Source: Naegleria gruberi (lineage: Eukaryota). Taken from it: a stretch of DNA of 64,000 nucleotides. Within the stretch, counting starts at the first letter, position 1; each line of letters opens with the position of its first letter. Shown piece by piece: positions 31,186-43,741 of this stretch. The notes under the pieces are model-generated. The model saw nothing but the letters and a program-made list of their open reading frames with translations, made no database searches and was not told the DNA's origin. A program made the position numbers and the translations under genes. The stretch lies in the NCBI GenBank assembly GCA_000004985.1, contig GG738864.1; one strand, given 5' to 3'.

Positions 31186-34062
31186 ATGTCAAAGTATGAT
31201 CCATACGTTGTCGATGACAATGAAAGTAGTTGTGAGGAAGTTGATGATGAAGAAAATGAAGATGATGATGATGATGACGATGAGGACATTAATACATTAG
31301 AAACAAAACCAGCCTTGGGATCCTTATTTTCTAGTGTTGTTGAGATGGGTGGAGGTAATTTTACTTGTGGAGGTGCATTGCAAAGTAATTTTGGCTTACC
31401 TGGATTGGAAATTATCATTCCGAAGTCATCATCGGATCAATCATCAAGTAATGTTTCTTCATCAAGTGAACAATTTGAATATAAACCAATTGCCTTACCA
31501 ATTGTTTCAAAAGAACAAGCTAATGAATTAATTTCTCAATGCTCTAAAGCTCCTTTTGGAAAAGGAGAAGAAACAATTTATGATGATAAGGTTAGAAATT
31601 CATGGCAATTGTCACCTTCACAATTTAGAATTTCTAATAAGAATTGGAATGTTATGTTAAATGAATTAATGAATGGTGAATTGAAACGTGGATTGGGAAT
31701 TAATGAAAATGTTAAAATTAAGTGTTCACTATACAAATTATTATTATATGAGGAAGGTGGACATTTTGAATTTCACAGAGATACTGAAAAGGAAGATCAA
31801 ATGTTTGCTACTTTAGTGATTCAACTTCCATCAGTTTATAAAGGAGGTAATATTATTGTAAAACATTGATCTAATGAGGAAGTTTATGATTTATCAAACG
31901 AATCATCATATACTCCATTCTATTTCAGTTTCTATTGTGATTGTAAACACAAAGTAGACGTAGTTACAAGTGGTTATAGAACTTGCTTGATTTATAATGT
32001 CTGTTATGTTTCCGGAAGTAAGCCAATCATTACAGATAATACCTCACTTGTTACAACATTTAATGAGATTGTTAATAATTGGAGTCTTTCAACCCCAATA
32101 CTGTGCTATCTACTTGGCCATAAATATTCAAAAGCAGGTCTAAGCTTTGATTGTCTAAAGGGTAGTGATACAAAGATATTACAATTAATCAGACAATACA
32201 ATGCCAAACACTCAGAACAAGGTATTGAAGTGTTTCTAGCAATGATGACGAAAACAGAGAGTGGGTATGGAGATCCATATAATATTGAGTGGGAAGAGAC
32301 TTCTTACAGCATTACTCATATGATTGATGAGAGTGGTCATATTCATTCAAACACCAATAACTTGGATTTGGACGAAAGTGATTTCTTTCCAGAAGATGCT
32401 CTAGAAGAATTAGAACAATCTGGTGAAGAAGTAAGTTCTATCTGTACATTAATTTATAACTCAGTTCGTTGTCATCTCTAGATTGAAGAACATACAGGTA
32501 ATGAAGGAGCTACTGCTTCAAGATGGTACAAATCAGCATGCTTAATCATTTATCCAAAGAGATTCAAATATTTAATGGCATTGAAGTTTGGTGGTTCAAG
32601 TGCTTATAAAGGACTCCAGGATTTATGGGAAGCTTATCTGAAAGATGCTTCATTAAGAAATCAACTCGTTCAATATTTGAAGAGTTTTATAGAAAAAACG
32701 TATAGTCGTTATATGGTTGGCAATTTTAGTATTGGTAATTACATTTCCGAATTAAGAGAATTGAGTTTGGCAAAATTATTACTTTCTCAATATAAATGTT
32801 CGAAAGAAGATGTTATTCAAATGGTATCAGCATTTGGAATTGACCCACTCAGAAACGAAATCATTGGATACTATAAGAACATGGATTTTAATTCCCTTGC
32901 TGAATTTTTGGATGTATTTCCTGATAATAATTTGGCTCAATTATTAATTCCTACTCTTCTAACCAATAATAGATACTCTTATAGAAGTAATTCATCAACA
33001 GATTATGAGACTGCATTAACCGCTTGCTCAAAGTATAATATTACCTTGGACTCTGAAACAAAAAAGAAAATTCTATCCGATAGTTCATATAACACTACTC
33101 AACTCTATCAATTGGGATGCAAACTAAAAGATATTTATTGTTTGATGGAAGTATTGAAAAGATCATTCTCTATCAGCTTGAATTCAAACAGATTCTATTT
33201 AAATTCTAATACTGTAACACCTCCTACCACATTACCTGTTAAAATAATTGTAAATTGTATTCAAATTATTGGACTTGATAATTGTAGAGCCACATTAGAA
33301 CAATTAATTTCAGAATTTGTGAATAGAAATGGAATTTCATCATCTCTAGATAGTATTCAATTATTTAGTGATAATACAGATAATATTCACGTATCAGATT
33401 TCATTTCAAAGTCAATTGTTAAGAATATTAAGGCAAGAAATGATTTAAAATCTCAAAACATTGATATTTATGAAAAGATATTTATTCAATTCTACAAGTG
33501 TGGAGCAATTGATGAGATGAGTGATCTTGCTAAATTATTAATTTCTAATCCTAATTCTCAATATATTCACTCAACAATTAATCCACTTGTTTTGAAAATT
33601 TCAAGAGCCAATATTAATGTTATCAATAGTGAACCCCTTCAATTTTTAATTAGAAAATGTATTCAATACTATGATTCAGTAATTACAAACCAATCAAATG
33701 TACCAACACCTAATAATTGGGTCATTAATGCTACTTTGGGTTGTACATGTGGTAATTGTAAATCATGTAATGAATTCCTCAAATCAGCCACACAAGTTAC
33801 TCATTCGATAAAGGCATCAGCCAGCGTTAGAGATCATGTCGAGAGGGAGTCACGTAAAGTTACAATTGATTTGCAATATGATACACTCAGACAAGGTTCT
33901 CCACACACTCTCGTATTGACAAAGATTAGAAAATCACAAGAATTGAAACAGAGAGCATTACAAGAGTCCATTACTTCCAGAAATAATTTAACACCACTGG
34001 TGAGGAAAGCAGGAGCATCCACAAATGATCCACCTTCCAAGAAGCTTAAAAGTGAACATTAA
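31186..34062 (+). CDS. 2OG-Fe(II) oxygenase (P4H-like) domain protein with about 550-aa C-terminal extension; in-frame TGA at 31867-31869; 51-nt intron 32431-32481
   Basis: HFEFHRD (HxD), GGNIIVKH, then TGA, then in the same frame SNEEVYDLSNESSYTPFYFSFYCDCKHKVDVVTSGYRTCLIYNV (second His plus the GxR DSBH strands). The track shows it as two same-frame ORFs, 31186-31869 and 31987-32481. A GTAAGT...CTCTAG segment whose last triplet is TAG joins in frame to ORF 32575-34062, which carries a C-terminal CTCGNCKSCNEF Cys cluster. Confidence 0.5.
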
Positions 34063-34656
34063 TAAAGATGATCTATTACGCCACAGAATATTTATTGTTC
34101 ATCCATTATGTTAAACTTGGTATTCCTTAATAATAATGTTGATGATTTTCTTTTTCTACGTATGTAATTTTCCCATTGTCATTTCATTTGTAATAGTACT
34201 ATCATCTCTCCTGTTGTTCAACATTTGATTTCCATCAATTAAATAAAAGAATTTATCATTAATTTCGGAATGAGAAGACAGTGTTGATTAGTGATTGTCT
34301 ATTGATGTTGAGATTGAATTGATTAATTCCATCATTTAATTGTCTAATTGTCTGCGATTAAAAACATTGCAAGAGATGAAAATATTTCCAATTTCAGGAA
34401 ATCAAGTGTTTGTCTGTTGTTTTTGTAACAAACTGATTCGGAAGGATTTACACTCTCACTTTGTTTACTAATCACCATGTTGAAGAGAGTCATTTTGGTT
34501 TGCAAGCTTCATTGTTGTACATCCTTGTTGTGGTGAGTGATGAAAATTTTTTCCAAGTCTATTGCTTGCCATTTTTCGCTGAAGAAATTCTTTGTTGTAA
34601 AATAATAGTTAACCAAGAATAAAAAACTTGTTGAAAAAAAATAAGTCGAAAGCACA

Positions 34657-35550
34657 ATGGTTTGTATTCATCTGCTGAATTTTATCTTTGCTTACACTTT
34701 GCTGTTTTAATATTAACACTAACCTCCTCTTCATACCCTATTGTTAATGTTGTTCTTCAAATTTAAACTATAATAGCCTCCAAAGAATCCACAAGAAAAG
34801 AAGGCCAAGAAAGTCGTCAAGACCTCTGGTAAGAAGATCCAAAAGGGTGACTTCAAGAATTTATTGGCTCCTAGACCAAAGGATATCGGTATTGGTAGAG
34901 ATTTGGGCGCTAAGATGAACTTGACTAGATTCGTCAAATGGCCAGTTTATGTCCGTCTCCAAAGACAAAAGAGAATTCTCTTGAAGAGAGTCAAGATTCC
35001 ACCAGCAATCAACCAATTCAGAATTGTTGCTGATAAGCCTTTGGCTCACTCTGTTGTCCAATTCCTTGCTAAATACAAGCCAGAAGATGAACAACAAAAG
35101 AAGGAAAGACTCAGACAAGCTGCTAAGGATAAGGTTGAAGGTAAGGCTGCTACTCCAAAGAAGAGTGAATCCTCCCTCATCCACGGTATTAACGAAGTTG
35201 TCAAGGCTGTTGAAAGAAAGCAAGCTTCATTGGTCGTTATTGCTCACGATGTTGAACCAATCGAACTCGTTTTGTTCCTCCCTGCTTTGTGTAAGAAGCT
35301 CGATATCCCATACGTCATTGTTAAGTCCAAGTCCAGATTGGGTCAATTGGTCCACATGAAGAACTGTGCTGCTGTTGCTTTGACTGAAGTCAAGAAGGAA
35401 GATAGAGATCAATTCGCCAAGATTGTTGAAGCCGTCAGAGGTGCTTTCGTTGACAGATTCAGAACTGTCAATACCAAGTGGGGTGGTGGTCAATTGAGCA
35501 AGAGATCAATCATCGAACAAAAGAACAGAATCAAGAAGCTCAAACAATAA
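34657..35550 (+). CDS. RPL7A: 60S ribosomal protein L7a (eL8); exon 1 is the ATG alone, then a 117-nt intron (34660-34776)
   Basis: ATG|GTTTGT...TAATAG|CCT CCA AAG... gives MPPKNPQEKKAKKVVKTSGKK...LLAPRPKDIGIGRDLGAKMNLTRFVKWPVYVRLQRQKRILLKRVKIPPAINQF...LVVIAHDVEPIELVLFLPALCKK..., near-identical in motifs to eL8. Confidence 0.8.
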
Positions 35551-35648
35551 ATTCCAACATAAAAACCATAAATTTAAAATTAAAAACATTTTACTTTTTT
35601 ATTTACAAAATAGACTTGCCCTTTTACTTTGGTTTTGCAGAGCTCTCC

Positions 35649-37178
35649 TTAAGGTAAGAACATGGATAAGAATTCATCCATATTTTCATCACGTTCTTGT
35701 TGCTTTGTTTCTTCGTCTTCATCTTGGAGAAATACGTTTTCAAAGGATCCAATCATGGAATCTTCTTGGTTTGTATCAATCATTGAAATCTCATCTAGTG
35801 GTGTTTGTTGCATTGGCACAGTATTGTGAGAAGGTTCTTGTTGGTAAGATTCAGAGATGAGAAAAGATGAAAAATCATAACTTGGAATATCACTGTTTGA
35901 GGAATGGGAAGAGACAGGAGTTCTTGAGACTGGTGAATAACTGTAGCTTGAAGATGCAGTTTCCCTTATTCTCATCTTGTTTGCCTTTTGTTGAGGAATT
36001 TTGATTGGTTGATGGTTACTAGCATATCGTTGTTTGAATTGTTGATAGTTAAAGGATTGAGAAAGTTGACTCAAATCTACACTATTCATATTTACAACTG
36101 ATTGAGTTTGCTGGGAACTGTTTGGTTCATGAACATTACTATTAGCATTGACTGCATTCAAACTTCCACCTCTTGGTGTTGACACTGATGCTCTTCTAAT
36201 ACTGGATCTTCTCTGTCTATGAACTGAATCTGAAGTACCACTTTGAGTATTGCTTCCTCCAACATTGAACATTGAAGTATTGCCATTGCTTCCTTCCAAT
36301 TCTAACAACTTGGTAAAGAAATCAAATTCAGCACTTGGTTGACCTCCAAATGATTGAACTCTTTGCAAATTATTGTGAGCATTATTGGGTGGAGGACTAA
36401 TCATTCCACTATTGTTACTAGTGTATGAGCTTCTTGGAGTTGATGAATTAGAATTTGAATTCAAATCCATCATCATTGAATCAGTCATTCCTCCATAACT
36501 GAAATTATTTGGATATGAGGATGAGATTCTTACAACCTTTGTTGGAGTATAGATACTATCATTACTATAACTATGATACATACTTTGAGCTGATGTATCA
36601 ATAAAGAGTGGATGAGAATCATCACCATTCAATTCTGATGTTGCGGTTGTTGCTGTTGTAACCGAATTGAGATTTTGTTGTTGAGGATTAGTATTATTAC
36701 TATGATACAATTGATTCATCGAATCAGAATGATGCAAACCTGAAACATTAAAGGTAGTTTGCAAGAGAGAAATACCAGATATTGTGTTTCTTCTTTTATG
36801 TGAATAATTGCTATTGGCACTCGAAGAATCATGATGAATGGCAGCAGCATCATATTGAGAGGTGGAGGAGGAGAGGAAATCATCATCGGTTGGAGTTACA
36901 ACTGAATGAGAGGATGAGTTCTTACGTTTCTTCCTATCATTCTTATCAGTCTTGAAGAAAAAGTAGTTGGCTTGAAATTCGGTATTGCTTCTGAATTGCT
37001 TGTTGACTTTGAGCAGTTTATCTCCTTTCAATTGAGTCTTGAGTTTCACCTCATCTGTTAGATCGACAATTGAGAATTTGCCATTACCATTCGAATCATT
37101 CGTTGATGCAGTTGATATTGTTGTGGCAGATGCAATTCCATTATTGTTGGTATTCAATGATGAAGAGGCTTGTTGCAT
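35649..37178 (-). CDS. Ser/Asn/Gln/Thr-rich low-complexity protein of unknown function
   Basis: 509 aa, strongly biased composition with homopolymeric N/S/Q/T tracts. Short structured N-terminal region KFSIVDLTDEVKLKTQLKGDKLLKV. TAA stop. Confidence 0.4.
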   Translation of the reverse strand: MQQASSSLNTNNNGIASATTISTASTNDSNGNGKFSIVDLTDEVKLKTQLKGDKLLKVNKQFRSNTEFQANYFFFKTDKNDRKKRKNSSSHSVVTPTDDDFLSSSTSQYDAAAIHHDSSSANSNYSHKRRNTISGISLLQTTFNVSGLHHSDSMNQLYHSNNTNPQQQNLNSVTTATTATSELNGDDSHPLFIDTSAQSMYHSYSNDSIYTPTKVVRISSSYPNNFSYGGMTDSMMMDLNSNSNSSTPRSSYTSNNSGMISPPPNNAHNNLQRVQSFGGQPSAEFDFFTKLLELEGSNGNTSMFNVGGSNTQSGTSDSVHRQRRSSIRRASVSTPRGGSLNAVNANSNVHEPNSSQQTQSVVNMNSVDLSQLSQSFNYQQFKQRYASNHQPIKIPQQKANKMRIRETASSSYSYSPVSRTPVSSHSSNSDIPSYDFSSFLISESYQQEPSHNTVPMQQTPLDEISMIDTNQEDSMIGSFENVFLQDEDEETKQQERDENMDEFLSMFLP

Positions 37179-37309
37179 TCTTTTTTGTCAGTGTTTTGAT
37201 GAATATTGTTGGTGGAGCTCTCTCTCGTTCCAAGTTTTCATTCTTCCTTCCATAATTGAGGAGCAACAATTAAAACATGTCATCAATTGCTTTGAATTGT
37301 TGCAGACTA

Positions 37310-38105
37310 GTGAAAAATTCATTTCATGCATGCAAAAACCTTTTTTGTAATTTGGAGGACAATATCGACATCAATGCACAATCTGATCCTCTCACATAAC
37401 CAGCCAATCCTTCTTCTGTGCTCGTTGGTTGTTGTTATTGTTCAATAGTATAAAAAAGGAATGTTTGAAATAGTCCCAATTGTCTCTATTTAATTGTAAT
37501 GTTCATTGCGTGGTATTACAATGAATCTTCGTGTGAGATTTCTAATATTCTGTTCGATTCCTAAAAAATTCAGCAGCTGTTTGATATTAAATCAGGAAAA
37601 ACAGGATTTTTTTGACCCAGTAGCCAATTTTTCTAATAGCAATCGAATGAATATTGACAAATCTTACCATGATTGTTTAACTATATTTTTATCACTATTC
37701 ATACGCTGTCTAAAAATCTTCTGAATAAAATCAAAAAAACAAGCATTAGAAAAGATTAAGCAAATTGCTCCAACATTTGCATGTTTGTGTAATAAAGGAA
37801 GTGACCTGACAGATAGTGCAAATTATTGGTGCTTAACTCAAGGAGAATTGGCTTCAAGCAGACTTGAATCAACAATAAAAATCACTTGCCAACATGTTTC
37901 CCCCTCAGTCAATACAACAATTTTCATTTCATGCAAAAACCTTTTATGTAATTTGGAGAATAATATTGTAGATAGGTTGTCCAATCTGATCCACAATCTA
38001 ATCCACTCATTTATCCATGTTAACCTTTTCTGTAAGGATTTGTAATAGTATTTAAAAGGAAATTTGAAATAGTCCCAATTTTCTCTAATCTATTGTAATA
38101 TTAAA
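37310..38105. repeat. Two copies of an about 190-bp direct repeat (about 37310-37500 and about 37915-38105)
   Basis: Shared blocks TTCATTTCATGCA(T)GCAAAAACCTTTT(T/A)TGTAATTTGGAG(G/A)A and TTTGAAATAGTCCCAATT(G/T)TCTCTA...ATTGTAAT appear in the same order in both copies. Confidence 0.45.
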
Positions 38106-38116
38106 TGATGGTGAAA

Positions 38117-39247
38117 TCACTTTGAATTTTCTGAAGATACTGTTGTTGGAGTACTGTTTTTGGCTGCATTCTTAGATGAATCGTCAAATTTAGTTCTAAG
38201 ATTTTTGTAAGCTCTTGCTGTCTTTTCTTCATTACTGACATAATTTTGTCCGACTCCAGATCCACCATCATTACCAATTTTAGTACCATCTCGTGAGTAA
38301 ACTCTGTATCTATTGTTTTGAACACCTCTAACTCTATTCTCCTCGATTTCTTTCATTTTAGAGGTTTGAGCTTCTCTTCTCACAAGAGAGGTCATTCCTT
38401 TGAAAACTAAATAAATTGCAAAAACGTAAGCCACGTAAGCCATCAATTTCATACCGAGAGCAATGGCTTTAGTTGGAGTCATTCCGTTCATCTTAATGTC
38501 GTAAACAAAACTGAAAATGACTGGTGATTTCAACAAGACTTTTTTAACAAGCTCATGTTGGTCTTTGAAATGAGTTTGAATTATAGTTTCTCTTTGTTTC
38601 ATTTCTTTTTCTTGTCTTCTCTCTGAATTATACTTATTCATAATACCAAGGAAAGTGGTATGTTCTGAATCAGCAAACCATGTCTTTTCACCCTTCTTAT
38701 ATTTTTCAATTCTTGTCAGGAAATCATCATCTGAAAATGGGAATACATCGAATGGATTGTAACGAGATCCACTACTAAATGGATCCTTTCCCCAAAATCC
38801 TCTTGGATCTGATTGTCCTGTTCCAAATGGTGCACTATTTGGATTGTTTGGATTTTGAACATTTCCTTGTTTAATTTGAGAATAGGCTGCATTAATTTCA
38901 GCCATCTTATCTTTAGCATCCTCTGTCTTGTTAAGATCTGGGTGAAATTTCTTACTCAACTTGATATAAGCCTTTCTGACAACATCTTCACTTGCTCCAA
39001 ATTGAACTCCTAAAACTTCATATGGATTTTTCGTGGCATTTTGAAAAAAGGATTGTGTATGAAAGGAACGACTTGTTCCGATATTTAATAAATCCAAATA
39101 ATTATTATTGCGTTTTAATAAATTACTATTATTGCTACTATTAATGTTCCAAAGAAATAAATTATTCAGTGATGATGACAAACGTAAATTGGAGGAGAAG
39201 GTGGCGAAAGTTTGTCTTCGAGAGTATCGGGAAATCATTCGAGACAT
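38117..39247 (-). CDS. J-domain (DnaJ) membrane protein with predicted mitochondrial presequence
   Basis: [34 protein letters not shown] contains the HPD motif. Two hydrophobic helices ([22 protein letters not shown]). N-terminus [14 protein letters not shown] is R/S-rich. Stop is TGA, followed 9 codons later by TAG. Confidence 0.6.
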   Translation of the reverse strand: MSRMISRYSRRQTFATFSSNLRLSSSLNNLFLWNINSSNNSNLLKRNNNYLDLLNIGTSRSFHTQSFFQNATKNPYEVLGVQFGASEDVVRKAYIKLSKKFHPDLNKTEDAKDKMAEINAAYSQIKQGNVQNPNNPNSAPFGTGQSDPRGFWGKDPFSSGSRYNPFDVFPFSDDDFLTRIEKYKKGEKTWFADSEHTTFLGIMNKYNSERRQEKEMKQRETIIQTHFKDQHELVKKVLLKSPVIFSFVYDIKMNGMTPTKAIALGMKLMAYVAYVFAIYLVFKGMTSLVRREAQTSKMKEIEENRVRGVQNNRYRVYSRDGTKIGNDGGSGVGQNYVSNEEKTARAYKNLRTKFDDSSKNAAKNSTPTTVSSENSK

Positions 39248-39554
39248 TTTTTAATTAAAGTACAAGATATTATGTGGATGATGACGACAATATATTGTTG
39301 AACGAATACTTGCAAAAGTACTCATAAATCAGAAATGATTGAGGCATATTCTTATTGTTTTCATCAAGAATTACAACACCTTTGCAGAAGAGTGAGAGTT
39401 TCAAACTTGTGAAGTGGTAAAAATGAAGGGACGAAACTTTGATTGTAAAAACAAAAATCGGTGGTCATCCCAGGAAATTTTTTGAAAAAAAAAGCCCAAA
39501 CGTAAGTAGACCTTTTATTTCGCCCATCTCGTTACACAGACATTTTAATAGAAA

Positions 39555-39803
39555 ATGCAAAACGACGCCGGTGTCCAAGTTGATTACTATCACCCAAGAA
39601 AGTGTACTGCCACTAAGAATTTGATCACTGCTAAGGATCACGCTTCCGTTCAAATCACTGTTGGTTTGGTTGATGAAAACGGTGTTTACACTGGTGAAAA
39701 TGCCACTGTTGCTTTGTGCGGTGATTTGAGAATGAAGGCTAAGTCTGATGGTGCTGTCAACAGACTCATGCTCGAACAAAAGATTATGAAGGATATCCAA
39801 TAA
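39555..39803 (+). CDS. RPS21: 40S ribosomal protein S21 (eS21)
   Basis: MQNDAGVQVDYYHPRKCTATKNLITAKDHASVQITVGLVDENGVYTGE... matches eS21 ([33 protein letters not shown]...). 82 aa, single exon, TAA stop. Confidence 0.85.
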   Translation: MQNDAGVQVDYYHPRKCTATKNLITAKDHASVQITVGLVDENGVYTGENATVALCGDLRMKAKSDGAVNRLMLEQKIMKDIQ

Positions 39804-40416
39804 ATTCTCAACTAAAAAACTATTTAAAATATTAAATTTACCTTTACTTTTTCTAATTACAATAGTAGAATGACATTTGAAAAAGCATTAGATGATATTT
39901 CAACATCATTCGTTTTTGCTTATTATTTTCAAAAACAATGTCTCTAATTGGCCCAAAGGATTTATCGGACCAATGCAAAATTCATATCAGCAAGGATTAT
40001 AACTTGCAGATTGTTAGCATTGTCATTTGCTTTCTGAGTATTATAAGTAGTGTTTTTGTATTTGCAGGAGTGTTTTTGTATAGGAAGGAGACCAAATCGC
40101 CTCGGATGAACATTTTAGCGTATGTATTAATCTAATTCTTCTCATCAACAACTTTATCTGTTTTACAATTCTTGTTAAATTTCATTATTTCACCAATGTT
40201 CTCTTTCAACAACAATATAACATCATTACGATAGTATAATCAACATTTTCGGATTCATCTATTGTTTATGTATTGAAATTGAATCAATAATTATCACATT
40301 GTGTAGGTTTTCGCAAAATGTAATAATACTAATTAATTAATCAACATGATTGTACATCATCAACTTTGTTCCGAATTCAATTCATCAAAAATCATCATCA
40401 AATCTGAAATAATACA

Positions 40417-42601
40417 GTGGGAAATGTCACTTACATTTATCCTCTATGCCAAATTCAAGCCTTTGTTGCAAATAGCTCTTCATTGTGTCTGAACACATTT
40501 TCTCTGTGTTTGACATTCTTCCTCTTCTACACAGTGGTTGTTAATAATCAGTATAGGAAATTGAAATCCCTCTACTCTAAACTCATTATCATCTTTTTAG
40601 TGCTTTGTTTCCTTGTCTCTATTCCATTCTTTGTATTTATATTTCCTGTTCCAGTTCCAAACTCTTCGAGATATGCAGAGCTCTATGGAAAATCATCGAA
40701 ATTGTGGTGTGATTTTGCCAATACCCCTAATCATTATATTAATCAAACTGATGATGCATCAATGAGTAGTTTTATTAGTCAATCATCACCTAAATTGCTA
40801 ATGACATCAACAATATCAACAATGGGAGAATTTTCGAGGAAGAATGCAACAGTGGCGGATCCTGTGGAAACTTATTGGGCTATTTTCTTTGAGATTGGAT
40901 TCTTTTATGTTCCAAATACTCTAATTCTGTTTGGGTATGTTTCCTATTTCATGACATGAATTAATATTTGGAAATTATAGAAATGTTCTCTTGTTTTTAG
41001 TGATTATTGTGAAAATTAGGAGGAATTCAACAATTCTTAAGAATCACCAACAGATGTTTTCATTGATGAGGGAGTCTTCTTCCAACACCTCTATTGTAGA
41101 TGATTCAGAGGTTTCTCAATCGGTTCCTATTAAAAATCCAAAGAGAGTTGGTTCTATGGCAAATATGAGTCCATCCAATAGGAGGAACACACCATCGGTT
41201 GGCTCTCTTGGAAATAATCTTTCATTTTCTAATGAATGTATTGATGAGGACAATCAGGAGGCAATAGATGAAGGAAGGCCATTACTGAATCCAAAAAAGT
41301 TTTTCACGAGTAATTCTTCTTCTTTAAATCTACTGGCAAAGAAGGGATCTTCAAATTCATTGGTTATTCCAAAAAGTGGCCCAAAGCCAAACTCAGTCAC
41401 ACAACCTTTGGAGGCATCTCTTCCTAGTACTTTTTCCTTCTTTATGTTTGGAAGTAATATCAAATATTCCACGTTAACACAGAGAGATATTGATGAATAT
41501 ATTCAATTTTTACATTCTCAATCTAGAACAGCCTTGTATTATATTGCCGTATTGACATTTAATTGGATTGTATGGATTGTTTCAAGGTTATGTTGGGAAT
41601 TTACACAATGTCAACAATCTGAGAGTCAATCTATTATCATTTTCGTTCTTTTATCGATAGCAGAACAATGTAGTGGACCTAGAATGAGTTCCATTCTGCT
41701 ATCTATTATTTTTGGTATTAGTGAGGATACAGTTTCACCATCAACACTTTTTGACATGTTCCAAGATGTAACATGTCTCAGATATTTTACGACATATTGT
41801 TCTGAGAGAGATTCAACAGTTTCTAACAAAGAACCACAAGAAGAAAAACCATTACCTATCGAATATGATAATTTGGTTTTCTTTTGGTTTGATATTTATC
41901 AACTCAAAGAGCTAATTATGAAGGAAGAGGAGACAGAGCAAGAATTGAGAAAGAAGAAAATATCTGCAAAGGTTCAAGATATTTGTGATCTCTACTTCTC
42001 TGAAACATCACAATTTAAAATCAATTCTGACATTGTTACGAATAAGGAGAAGAACTTCTTGAGGACAACATGTATTAATTATATTAAGGGAGGTGCTCAT
42101 GACGAATCTGATGACGAATATTCAGAGAGTAGTGATGTTGAAGGAGATTCAGCCTCAACTGTATCAGGAGCTCATGAAGGAGTTCCTAAAGAAGATTTGG
42201 TTCTTCTCAACACTTTGAAACAACCTTTAAAATCATCACTTAAAATTATGAATGATTTATTATCAGAATTTAAAACTAGCCCAGCTTTTGATGAACTTAT
42301 TAATATTTTGAGAATGAAAGCTGTTTCGCAAAGAAGAAGCTTATTCAAAGACATTATCTCCAAATTGGGAAGGTTATTTATTAACTGCTTTGGAATGTGT
42401 CAAGTGTTCTTTTTGTCCAGTAGACATGAAAGTGAAGTTGAAGGATATGAAACAGTTACAGATATTGAAAATAAGCATGTAGATCATGTTGATGTACAAA
42501 TCAAGGACTTGTGGTCCAAAGAATATTCGCAAGATGTTTTCGAATTCCTCGAAAGACTAAAGAATTTGAAATTGGATAATAGAAAGATTTGGGTAATTTA
42601 G
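40417..42601 (+). CDS. Seven-transmembrane receptor fused to a C-terminal RGS-like domain (AtRGS1-type architecture); intron about 40934-41003
   Basis: Exon 1 has multiple TM helices. GGTATGT donor and TTTTAG acceptor join it to ORF 40991-42601. The C-terminal part has an RGS-like stretch (FTTYCSE...IEYDNLVFFWFDIYQLKE...AKVQDICDLYF...INSDI). TAG stop. Confidence 0.5.
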
Positions 42602-42685
42602 TTAATATGTACTACAAAGTCAACAACAGAACACTCCACACGTTCTATTGTCATCTAATGTATTGATTAGTTAGTAATTTACAAG

Positions 42686-43741
42686 TTATTGTTTGAGTTC
42701 ATCAAAGTATGGATGTTTAAGGGCATCACTTGCACTTATTCTATTTGCAGGATTTATGACTAACATTCTTGATAGCAGATCCAATCCTTGGGAGTCTAAA
42801 GGTGTATTAATAAATTTTGATGCAAGCAAATTTACGTTCCATTTAGGGAATGTTGTTCTAAAGTTTGGTAATTGTGTTACAGCTCCATCAGAAGGTGTGC
42901 CTAATAATTGGAATACCTTAAATAAATGGTCAATTTCTGAATCGCTTGGGAATAATGGTTGTAATAAAACCAATTCAGCAAAGATACAACCAACTGTTTA
43001 AAGTAAATTAAAACAATAAACGAGTTCACTACTTACTTGACCATATATCTACTGAGGTTGAATATTTGTTTGCTCCCAATAAGAGTTCTGGGCATCTGTA
43101 CCACAAAGTAATGACTTCCTTAGTGAGTGTTCTGAGAGGAATATTGAATTCTCTGGCCAACCCAAAGTCTGCAAGTTTAATATTCCCCTGGGAATCTATC
43201 AGAATATTTTGTGGTTTGATATCTTTGAAGAGTTATAAAATAGGTTCAAAATGTGAAACAAACCTCTATGTAATACACGTCGTGCATGACAAAAAGCCAG
43301 AGCTTGTAACATCTGGAACATGTATTTCTTCACTAAAATTGGAGGGAAATATGTTTTAGTTTTTCTTTGTTGATCGATAAATACTTTAAGGTCACTATCT
43401 ACAAATTCAAATACTAAATTCAATTGATTGTTTTCGTGTATTACTTCAAAAAGTCTTTAGAATTTCAATACGAGAAATAGTTCAATAATTGAAACCTACC
43501 TTACAACACAAGGGTGACAAATATGTTTCAGCAAGGCAATTTCTCTCAATGTTGTGGATGGTACTCCTTCATCTTCCTTTTCTAATCTAATTCTCTTCAC
43601 TGCCACAACGTTATTATTTGTTAAATCTATGGCCTAAATGTATTTCAAGTTTAGATTAGATCAATAACAAGTAGAATCACAAAATACTGACTTTAAAAAC
43701 TACACCATATGTTCCTTCTCCAATCTTTTCTAACTTTTCAT
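42686..43741 (-). CDS. Cyclin-dependent kinase (Cdk1/2/5-like), about 4 exons
   Basis: [20 protein letters not shown] | [36 protein letters not shown] (PSTAIRE-like) | ...[14 protein letters not shown]...HARRVLHR | [50 protein letters not shown]...SVDIWS | ...[21 protein letters not shown]...[21 protein letters not shown]-type donors. Confidence 0.7.

Noticed and set aside
31867-31869. Selenocysteine as an explanation for the internal TGAs
   Set aside because: No SECIS-like stem-loop recognised downstream. The ARF site is an invariant Trp, not a Cys/Sec position. 2OG oxygenases and ARFs are not selenoproteins.
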